NCBI GenBank assembly: GCA_000320545.1
Contig: ADNK01001699.1
Coordinates: forward strand, 1-64,000
Length of the DNA stretch: 64,000 nt
Source: Bigelowiella natans CCMP2755
Lineage: Eukaryota > Protista > Cercozoa
Direction: 5' to 3'
Both the position numbers and the translations under genes were made by a program. Shown here piece after piece: positions 53,450 through 64,000 of this stretch. The number at the start of each line of letters is the position of its first letter. The first letter of the stretch is position 1. A model generated the notes under the pieces. It saw nothing but the letters and a program-made list of their open reading frames with translations. It did not search any database and was not told the DNA's origin.

Positions 53450-53631
53450 GGTTACCAGTCTAGTACTGGTGAAGATGCCATCGTCATCCACATTGTATGC
53501 CTTCACAGTGTAGCGTTACGTCGTGATAGGTGCCATTATTATTAATTGGTAGCGAGCGCAACAGTAAGATATTGCTTCTACAATACTTTTAGTAATTCAC
53601 AGAAGATATGGTAGTGTGTATACCCCGTATT

Positions 53632-55331
53632 CTATTCTTTATTGGATTCTGAGACCATAGTAACTATTTTCTTCGTTCGCTGTCTCACGGAAGTGATTCG
53701 ATGTTTGTTATTCTGCGCTTTTGTATCCGATTTATTCATTGAAATAGGTGTTAAAAAATCTACCAATGAAGGGAAGGCCTTGACCTTATCAGAGCCTTTG
53801 GCTCCGATCTGAACACATAATACAAGCTTCAGGAACAGAATAGTTTTATTCTATTTAACTTCCCACCAATATTGTATCTTGAATAAAAGGACAGACCATT
53901 TTTAGAGGTTCCAATTCAACTGTTTATTTCCATCATTATCACACAAATAGTCGAATTTTCAGGAAGAAAAGAATGTGTGTGATATTGCAGCATCAATTTT
54001 TGAATGCACATGCTGGAAGAGAAAACGAATGGTTGAAATAATAATACGTCTGACCGTATCCTGATAATACGGACTACAAATCATACTGCTGCTGCTACAC
54101 AAGGTTGATTGATCGATATCTGGTGTCTCACCATCCATATAAAGATGTGGAAGTATATGGCGCGCTATGTGACCCTTCCCACTTGAAGTGGAACAGACTA
54201 CTATCCTCTGGAAGAAGAAAAAAGAGGAAGAAATATAAGAAGAAGAAGGACACATAGTGAAAATACCACCAAGTGAGTAATTTGCTCACCAAGTAACGGC
54301 TAAGATATAATATTTCAATTAATAGCACTGCTATTTCTACTGCTACAACAACAACAACAACATTAACAACTACTACTAATACTACTAGATTCCAGTCATT
54401 AATAATATCCACACTACTCAAAGGGGAATCATCATCCTACTAGATTCCAGTCATTAATAATATCCACACTACTCAAAGGGGAATCATCATACAACAACAA
54501 CAACAACAACTACTACTACTACTACTAGATTCCAGTCATTAATACTATCCACACTACTTCAAAGGGGTATCATCATCCTTATCAAGTCACGACAGCTACG
54601 AATAATGACCCATAGAAATAACACCACCTTATAATATTTAAATAATATCAGCAACACTCACATGCTTCTGAAATCCTCTGGCTGCTGCTGCTGCTGGTGG
54701 TGGTGGTGGTTCTGCTGCCTCTCCTTCTTTCGAGACTGTGATGCCAGCCTTTTTGAAAGCAGAAAGGATACGACGATTTATACCAGTAGCTTCACCAAGC
54801 GCCACTTGTTCCTTAGTTTCTTCTTGTTTCACGACAATGAACACGTCGCATATTGCACACCTTTGATAAGAAACGAACATGTTGATGATGATGATGATGA
54901 TGATTGTCGCACTCGCGAATGGCCGATATTCTGCATACTAATGGCAGCTTGTGGAAATTGATTTTGCAACCCACATTGTATTCAATTTAGCAGAGACTCC
55001 TTCCCGAAATGAAATATCTTTTTTATCATCAGCTGTATCTTCAAAGATGACCTGAAAACGCAGTAGTAGTTACGTAGTTACTACATAATATGAATGTATA
55101 TTCGTTCGACGACTATTGTTAAATCCATCACATGACCACATAACCCCAATCCCTCTTTCTCCCGCACATACTGACACATACACATCACACGCATTCTGCC
55201 GTGCCATTTACTTCTGCTGCAAGTAAGACTTTCAAAGTTCCAGCCTTGCCCTTAAGATACCTAAATTGACGACGTGTTTATCAATATCTTGTTCTTTATG
55301 TTGCTTGTTCCCCCTTCCAACAACATCTCAT

Positions 55332-55364
<33 letters not shown>

Positions 55365-56095
55365 GGATGATGAGGATGCACCTACACAACTATCGTATTC
55401 CTCACGTTTTCATACTACTTTTGCATCGATGCTATCATGCATGATAAATGTAGCACCTCTCCTCTGGTGTCAGCACTTTTCTCTTTGCTGCTGCTGCGAG
55501 CCGTTTTGATTCTTGATGTCCTTTTGATGACAGAAATGGTAAGATGATGATAATTATTATTATTATTATTATTAACATTATTATTATTATGGTGATGATT
55601 ATGATGATGATGATGATGACGATGGATAATGCTGCTGCTGCTGATGATGATGATGATTATGATTATGATGAAAATGAACGCTTGTAAGATGACTATGAAT
55701 AGTAACAATTATGACGATGGTGACGATGTAAATGGACGGTGGTAGGATGATGATGAATAACAATAACGATGATGATGATGGAATGCACGGTGGAGAATAT
55801 TAATATTCAGTCATATTCATCATGATCTCCCATATGTAATCGCCGTGAAGCATGATATAATGGTATGTCCTTCTTCCATTGAATCATTACTTCGTCTTCT
55901 GTTGCGCTGGTGCCGTTCTAGCTTTACACGTTGTACTTTGGTGTAGATAAGATAGAGAAAGCAGCCGCCAATTATGGTGCTTAGGAGGAATGTGCGACCG
56001 AGGGGAGAGACTGAAGTTTTCAGGGCCCTCTGAAGCATGGAAGTAAGGTTGGCTATTAAAGTCTCAGGTCTCATTATTATCTCCAGCAAGCTCAT
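53632..56095 (-). CDS. Peroxin PEX22-like protein (N-terminal TM anchor)
   Basis: TM segment FLLSTIIGGCFLYLIY. ICDVFIVVK...ILSAFKKAGI...KHRIVVCSTSSGKGHIARHILPHLYMD resembles the plant PEX22 pattern CDLYL...KVLFCST..GR..VRQLEP..HID as recalled; C-terminal FPSLVDFL. Confidence 0.6.
54382..54576. repeat. Three ~54 bp intronic tandem repeats
   Basis: ctactagattccagtcattaataatatccacactactcaaaggggaatcatcat at about 54382, 54437 and 54522. Confidence 0.9.
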
Positions 56096-56919
56096 ACGAT
56101 GGAGATAATTCTGAACAGAGAGGAGGAGGAGAGAATCTACACTCAACTTCTCTTTGAAGTAGTAAGCCAATGTTTAGTCCTCCTCGTAGTAAATTGGAAG
56201 TAGTAGTAGTTGATTATCGAGGTATAGCAGCAGTAAAATGGGGGTAGTAGTTGGTTATCGTAGTCACGTACTTTCTATCTATGAGAGGTAGGTGCAGGTA
56301 GGTGCGGTGGGTAGGTAAGTAAGAAGGCAGGTGGGGAACGAGAGAGACGGCGGTGTGTATATCCTGTGTGTGTTGTTGCGAATGTAGTTTTCGATATAAA
56401 AATAGACAGATTAATTACGATATATGTCCGATATTTGTTTATTTATCTATGATTTGTGTGCTATTTCCTAAAACAAACCAACTGAATTAACTACTATCTA
56501 CTAATAAGAAATCGTAAGGAAAGAGATCGATGATCATTGACTGACTGATACGTATATAATATCTGTTCATCAAGCACTGAAAATCTTTCTTATTTATATA
56601 CCGGAAACATGCATGACAATAATAATAATAGGGGACAAGTTTGTTAGGTATAGTATTTCTTCAATCAATTTTGGTAGAAGACAAAATATTTTAGACGATG
56701 TTATTAAAATGTAGTCCTATGTTTTTAATCATCAAGTTGGTAGGTAGGTAGGTAGGTAGGTAGGTAGGTAGGTAGACAAAATATTTACGACAATATCCGA
56801 TGTAGTATTTTAGATAAAATATTTACGATGATATCCCATAGGTATAGTTGTAGTAAATCAAAACCGGACATCTCATCCCCCTCCTATGACCCCAACTACC
56901 AGGAGCCCTACTGTTGGCG

Positions 56920-57175
56920 ATGAAGGCTATTAATCACCTCGAGGGGAGGTGGAAGCGAAAGAGGTCATGCCTTCGCATGGCTGCTTTGAGTAGCCTGTTG
57001 TCCTTATTCCTCTTCAGCTCCTCACGGCTGAAACCGTCGTTCGCTTCGGTGGCGACACCGAGTACATCAGACTGCTCGTAAGTAAATAGAGCAGATTACT
57101 TTCAACCTACAACTTACGTAGTAGTTGCATATTTGTAGCGATGACCTCCAAAAATATAACAACAACAACAACCAA

Positions 57176-57221
<46 letters not shown>

Positions 57222-58071
57222 TACAAATATGAGCATGAATAAATGATCTGAACAATTGTGAGTATGTATAATTTGGTACTACTACTAGTAGGAGTAGTAG
57301 AAAAAGCCCCTTGGTGGATCTGGAGCAAGAAGTGTTGGCTAGATGGCGTCGTGACAGGGTTTTTGAAGCGCAAATGAATCTTACAAGAGAATCACATGGA
57401 CAACGACTACCATATTATCGGAACACGACGAGGAGAAGAAACAACTCATATGTCTTCTACGATGGACCGCCCTTTGCAACAGGGTACTCAAATTACAAAT
57501 AGCATTTTGATCATATGATGATTCAAAGATTAGTTGCAGAGATGAATGGAAGTTGCTACTGGTCCCATCTACTTATTATTGTTGATTCCTCATGATTCTA
57601 AATAGGTCAATCCACACAAAATAATTTCTACTACCTATTCATGAACAAACTAACGTGTTTCTCCTCCTCCTCCTCCTCCTCCTCCTCCTCCTCCTCCTCC
57701 TCCTCCTCCTCCTCCTACTCGGCCTTTATCCATATGATGGCTATAGGCTACCCCACATGGGTCACCTACTAGCTTCAACCATTAAGGATGTGATAGGCCG
57801 ATTCCATGCAATGAATGGCAGCTACGTAATGCATCTTACTAAGCTATGACTGACATAGAGAGCAACTACATCACATAACAACTTCAAACAACTGTATACT
57901 CTTCACAATCGTCGTTGTCGTCGTTATTATCATCAGCATCAGTGCGTTGCTCGAATCCTTCTTCCCTCTACTACTTACTACTACTACTACTGGTTGTTGT
58001 TGTTGTTGTTTTAGGTTCGGCGTGTATTCGGGTGGGATTGTCATGGAGTTCCCATAGAGTGAGAAGAAAGA

Positions 58072-58158
<87 letters not shown>

Positions 58159-58315
58159 GCAATTTCACATTTTGATCTTCGCGACAACGAGGACAATAAA
58201 GATCCTCCCCTCCCCAAAAGTAAAAGAAGAAGTATAAGTATCATTGTTTCTCCCGTTATTACCTCGCCTAATTCCTTATATGAAGAATGATTTCCTTGTA
58301 TCATATCCGCAGTAC

Positions 58316-58355
<40 letters not shown>

Positions 58356-58627
58356 CTTCTTCTTCCTCTTCTCTCCCTACTCTTTTCCTCGATGGTACAA
58401 TAGTAATAATGAAAATAATAATAAAATAAAACAAGTAATAGTAATAATAATACACGTTGTTCTTGAATGATGATCGCTAATCTGTGCTGTGTATGAACTC
58501 TGTGTCTTCTTCTTCTTCTTCCTCCTCCTCCTCCTCCTACTATTACTACTACTACTTCCAAAACAACTACCACTATCACAGGTATGAGATAGACAAGGCA
58601 TTGAATATGTCAACACATGAGGTACAA

Positions 58628-58672
<45 letters not shown>

Positions 58673-58702
58673 AGGCATTGAATATGTCAACACATGAGGT
58701 AC

Positions 58703-58749
<47 letters not shown>

Positions 58750-58847
58750 CATTGAATATGTCAACACATGAGGTACAACGAGAAAGAGAGAGAGAGGTGT
58801 GGTATGAGATAGACAAGGCATTGAATATGTCAACACATGAGGTACAA

Positions 58848-58887
<40 letters not shown>

Positions 58888-58936
58888 GTGGTATGAGATA
58901 GACAAGGCATTGAATATGTCAACACATGAGGTACAA

Positions 58937-58978
<42 letters not shown>

Positions 58979-59308
58979 GTGGAATAAAAGCAATGCAGCC
59001 GAATCATCGACTTTGACAACGACAACTATTGGCAAATTCTGTGATTAATTAAGGATGATTGATATTTTCTAATATGCTATACGTAGGCAGTTGCAAAACT
59101 TGGAGTGAAGGAGTATGCGGTGATAATAATAGATCGTGGAGAGTAGAGCATGGCTATTCTTGTGTGAATACATAATAAATATACATATGTAATATGATAT
59201 TTGCAGCATTGAGAATCATAATGAATATCATGATGATGATGATGAGGATGATGATGATGATGACGATGAAATTATTTTTTAAATCGGTTGTTCTGCTGCT
59301 GTATTCAT

Positions 59309-59345
<37 letters not shown>

Positions 59346-61635
59346 GTCATCTCATGCACTACTACAACAACAACAACTACTACTACTCCTATAGAACCAA
59401 CAACAACTACTATTACTACTACTACTACTACTACTACTACGTATGATAGAACCGTTGCAGGGGAATCGTACAACGATATGCATCTGAATGGAAACATACG
59501 ATTGAGGTGATACAAGTATGTAGTATTAGTAGTTGTATATTCATCAATAGGCCGTCGCCGTAATTCTTTTGAGACGAAAAACAAATATGCATTTCAATGT
59601 TGTGGAGACAACATTATTAAACACATTTATAGAGAAAGGAGTAGGGAAATGAGAGGAGAGAAGAGATTAAGAAAAAGAACAAGGACAAGACCCAACACTT
59701 AGCCACTGTATGCGTTTGACTGGTGCCATTGTCATCATCATGATGTTTAAAAACATAAAGAGCTCATACTTCCTCCCACTGCTACTTACTCCGTTGTCCC
59801 TCCCATGCACACAGCGAGTAGGTCGTTGGGTGAGCTTTGAAGGGGGTTATAAGACGATGGACCTCGGTACTACTATAGACTATCAGTATTACTACACTAC
59901 ATTGTTCTTCATTGCCCACTTCTTTTGGTAGTTTATTAAATACTGTGGTTGTAGGTGGTGATGGGTGGTAGTGTGCATGCCATTGTTGTTGTTATTGTTA
60001 TAGCACCGTGTAGTAGTGGCAGTAGTAGTAGTAGAAGTAGAAGTAGCAGCAAGAAGGTGCTCCTCCACCACTACTTAGTAAGTTAGTAGTAGTAACCAAT
60101 CAATATTTAATATTTGGTGATGACGACGAATCATCATCGTACTAGATCAATTGAGCGAGGCAAGTAGCAAACTATTACCACATCTAACTCAATGCTACTA
60201 ATTTCCTTATCATAGTAGTAAGTATCAGCAGTAGCAGTAATAGTTGTAGCGATTGTAAAAATCATAATCACACAATCACACACACAATCACACACACACA
60301 CACACACACACACACGCATTAGTAAGCAAATAATACTATACAGGATTGAATCACATTATTTCATAGCTTTTCTGCCCTCCTCTCTCATTAATGTGTATTA
60401 GTAGTAGCAACCAACCCCACCTTTGGCAATGTAGTAAGTATTGCCAGAGATAGACTCTTTTTCTTCTTCTTCTTCTTCCTCTTTTTCTTAGTTTCACAAA
60501 GTCACAAAACTAGCACTACTACTACCACTACTACTACTACTACTATTACCTAGGGTATATGGAGGCAGTTTGGTGGGCGTTCAAACGGCTATATGAAAAG
60601 AACCTTTTATATAAGGGAACCAAGGTAAAATTATAATTATTGTTAGTTATTATTATTATTATTATTATTATTATTTTAACAAAAAAATAGGATGATGACG
60701 ATTTTGTTATTGTTGTTAATGATGATGGTTACAAGCACTTACGCGTTGATTGATAGTTATGGCGACGATGATGATATTGACAATGATAATTGATAGTTAT
60801 GGCGACTGATAATGACAATGATACTGATGACGACAATAGCAACACAGACTTACTAGTTATTAACCCATTAGTACTTCCTAGCAACACTTATATAACAATA
60901 TATAATAGTGGTTGACAATAGCAACACAGACTTACTAGTTATTAACCCATTAGTACTTCCTAGCAACACTTATATAACAATATATAATAGTGGGTTGACA
61001 ATAGCAACACAGACTTACTAGTTATTAACCCATTAGTACTTCCTAGCAACACTTATATAACAATATATAATAGTGGTTGACAATAGCAACACAGACTTAC
61101 TAGTTATTAACCCATTAGTACTTCCTAGCAACACTTATATAACAATATATAATAGTGGTTGGTATCATCAATCGGTGGTGGTGGTGGTGCCGTGTTTATT
61201 TATAATGAAAACATGATGATGATCATGATGATGATGATGATGATGATGATGGTCATTAACTACTACTATTACTACTACTACTACTACTACTACTACTAGA
61301 TCGTAGCCTATTCGACTGCCCTGGAAACAGTCTTATCCAACTTTGAAGCCACTTCAAACTATAAGGAGATACGAGATCCGGTACTAATAGTATCATGCAT
61401 GTTCATCATCATCATCTATCATCTTGATGCAGTTTTTACATAAATAATAGGCTGTTATCGTTATTCTTCCTATAAATCAAAAAATGCAAAACCTTCCTGA
61501 TGAGATTCGATGGACCTTGCGTCGTGGCGATAACGATGACAACGATGGTGAGAATGAGGATGATGATGGCACAAAGATCTATTTAGCCATATGGACAACA
61601 ACACCTTGGACTTTGCCTGGAAATCTCGGTAGTAG

Positions 61636-61674
<39 letters not shown>

Positions 61675-62225
61675 GTGCTATGATGATGATGATGATTACG
61701 CCGTACATAATAGTGAGTAGTATAGACAGATATTATCATATTGAATAAGCGTCCTTGTTAGTAGCTATTTTTTGTATTTAGCTTATTTCTTTACATCTTA
61801 TTATAATATAGCAAAGTCCCAGTTAGTTGCAGCAGCACTCCTATATTATGTAAATTATGCTTGTTGTGTTTCAACTTGCTGCTACCTACAACTCTTTTGT
61901 CTTTCCACCCTGCATCCAAAAACACATCATCCATCTTACATCATCATAACCCTAATGTTGTTTTTTAAAGTGTTTGTGTTGATGGAAATCTTACATCTTA
62001 CTAATGTTAATTAGGTGTTTGTGTTAATGGAAATCTTAGTTACGTGATTGCAAAAGAAGGAGGCGGAGGTTGAATCAAGGGTGGGTGGGTAGAGGAGGTG
62101 AAGAGAGAAGAAGAAGAAGAAGAAGAAGAAGAAGAAGAAGCAGAAAGCAGTCCTCATACATACATACATACATACATAGACGACAACATCGCTCCTCCTT
62201 TTCCCTTTCCTCATCATTATCGTTG

Positions 62226-62257
<32 letters not shown>

Positions 62258-62839
62258 TGTTGTTCCGTCATCTTCTCTTTGATTTCCTTCTATGAATAGC
62301 AATGATAATTAGTTTATTGCTACCTTACTTCTTTTGTTTTCTCCCTATCAAATAATATCATAATCCCCCCCCTTGAATAATACTTATACGGATTTACAAC
62401 ATGTTGGTCCATCCATCTTCTTCTCCTTCTTCTCCTTCCTCTACATGTTGGTCCATCCATCTTCTTCTCCTTCTTCTCCTTCCTTCCTCTACCTCCAAAT
62501 CATCAACAGGCTGCCGCAAAATTATACTCTCCCTCTCCGCAGCAATACGTTATAGGAAACGTCTCAACCTAACATTCTCCAAAGAGCGGCAATTCAAAGG
62601 TAGTAGCTTCTAGTAGATCACGAGTAGTAATTGGTGGCAGTAGTAAGTACGTGCTACTAGTAGGTGCTAGTGTTAAGAATAAGCTTATTGTAGAAGTGTA
62701 GTAATTGGTAGTAGTAGTAGTAGTACACATTTGTGGAAAGAGTGGTGAGAGTAGTGCCGGTAATGATGATTATGATGAGGATAATTAATTATGCATGGAA
62801 AGTATTACAACAAATACTGATCAAGATGTAACACACCCA

Positions 62840-62897
<58 letters not shown>

Positions 62898-63505
62898 CTG
62901 AGAATTGGTGTGTGTGTGTGTGTGTGTGTGTAATCAATGATAATACGCATACAATAATCATTTGTTCTTTTTCGTCGTTTTGATTTCAATTATTATCATT
63001 ATTATTCAGGATCATTTCTTCAAAATCTATCATACATCCCACCATTTCCGCACACAGCTCTTGTAAAGGATTTGATGATGAGGAAGAACACAAAAGGGGG
63101 GGGGGGTGATCTCTCGTCTGTATTATTTCGAGTACATCTTGATGACTATGTCACTGAGGACGATGGTACTGGGATTGTACATCTTAATCCGGTATTATGA
63201 ATTAATTAAGAATACATGTTAGATATTGATGCTGATAATAATGATGAGGAGGATGATGATGGTGGTGTTGATGACAAACAGAAAAACAGAAAGGGAGAGA
63301 GAAGGGGGGGGGGGGGGATTTCAAAAGCAATGTACCAAGTGATATTTTTAAAAAAACCGCCCCCAAAGAGAGAAAGAGAAAAAGAGAAAAAGGGGGGAAG
63401 AGAAAGAGAGAGAGAGGGTGGGGGGAGAGAGAGTAATATAGCTCTATCATAATACACAAAACATGAATGCACATACTGCAGCAAGTTCTTTCAATAGTTA
63501 TATCA

Positions 63506-63537
<32 letters not shown>

Positions 63538-64000
63538 GAATAGGCACATGGAGAAGATGATCATCGTGTGATGAAGCGAGATGGAGGGTGGTGGGGAGAT
63601 ATTATTAACCCTGCCAAAGGTACTCGATACATACATAATAAACACATAACTTACTAACGTAATAATAGTGCTACTGGTACTAATACAACTAATAACAATA
63701 CCACGAGAAATGTTTTAGTAGTATATATTGGTACTGATGATTACTACATAATATACATTATATGAGTACCTAGTTTGGTAATAATGATGACGATAATAAT
63801 AAATGATGAAGAGAGAAATAAATTCATAGTAAGACGTATATCATTATCATATCACCTTATTATGTGTACTTATACTTTATTTGTACTTGTAGGAGAAGAT
63901 TATCCTCCTCCTCCTTGTCCATTAGACAGCAAAGGACGTTTCACCTCGAAAGTTGGATCCTTGTTGCAGGTAAGTGAAGAAGAGTGAGAAGAAGAAGAAG
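56920..64000 (+). CDS. Isoleucyl-tRNA synthetase (eukaryote/archaea-type IleRS2) with a hydrophobic N-terminal extension; continues beyond the window
   Basis: [24 protein letters not shown] (HIGH-like), FGWDCHGVPIE, GRWVSFEGGYKTMD, YMEAVWWAFK, LSNFEATSNY, IWTTTPWTLPGNL and [23 protein letters not shown]. Confidence 0.92.
58582..58980 (+). repeat. Five tandem copies of an IleRS exon (YEIDKALNMSTHE) plus 5' splice site plus (GA)n
   Basis: gacaaggcattgaatatgtcaacacatgag|gtacaacgaga at about 58592, 58669, 58744 (1-nt deletion), 58812 and 58901. Confidence 0.9.
60832..61160. repeat. Four near-identical 82-83 bp intronic tandem repeats
   Basis: gacaatagcaacacagacttactagttattaacccattagtacttcctagcaacacttatataacaatatataatagtggtt starting at 60832, 60914, 60997 and 61079. 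Confidence 0.95.

Noticed and set aside
56738-56775. (TAGG)n tract in the PEX22/IleRS promoter as a telomere-like seed
   Set aside because: It is a short internal tetranucleotide microsatellite among many others, and is not TTAGGG.
58582-58980. CRISPR-like repeat/spacer appearance of the tandem exon array (and the 60832-61160 array)
   Set aside because: The spacers are (GA)n or absent, the repeat is an IleRS exon, the context is eukaryotic and there are no cas genes.
1-64000. tRNA, rRNA or telomeric arrays; alternative genetic code
   Set aside because: None were recognisable by eye, and long exons translate cleanly with the standard code using TAA, TAG and TGA stops. A tRNAscan/Infernal run would be needed to exclude small RNAs.

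Overview
Gene-dense, intron-rich eukaryotic nuclear DNA from a flagellated protist. It encodes an SPEF2/CPC1-like protein; a SAR-lineage host such as a chlorarachniophyte is only a guess. About 15 protein genes, reconstructed by hand from GT-AG exons, alternate strand almost perfectly and form short head-to-head pairs: ankyrin/DHX35-like helicase, APE2-like nuclease/pseudo-PLC, 2OG-Fe(II) dioxygenase/CDF transporter, EamA transporter/glutaminase A-like, SPEF2 (unpaired), two hypotheticals, RPB6/pectin acetylesterase and PEX22-like/IleRS. The most striking signal is a TpA-erasure signature. A LINE remnant, two MITE-like elements and the tail-to-tail intergenic gaps have lost TpA except in CTAG, apparently by TA->TG/CA change. 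In 42597-44470 I count only 5 TpA in ~1.87 kb, all in CTAG; the LINE ORF has no tyrosine; and one MITE's expected TA target-site duplications read CA and TG. Promoters, introns and most exons keep TpA. This looks like a repeat- and 3'-intergenic-targeted A:T->G:C hypermutation system, opposite in direction to fungal RIP. Other leads are a recurrent palindromic promoter motif (GCGACAT-N10-ATGTCGC), a receptor-like catalytically dead PLC, genes missing core exons and a five-fold tandem exon in IleRS. All counts and gene models are manual and approximate.
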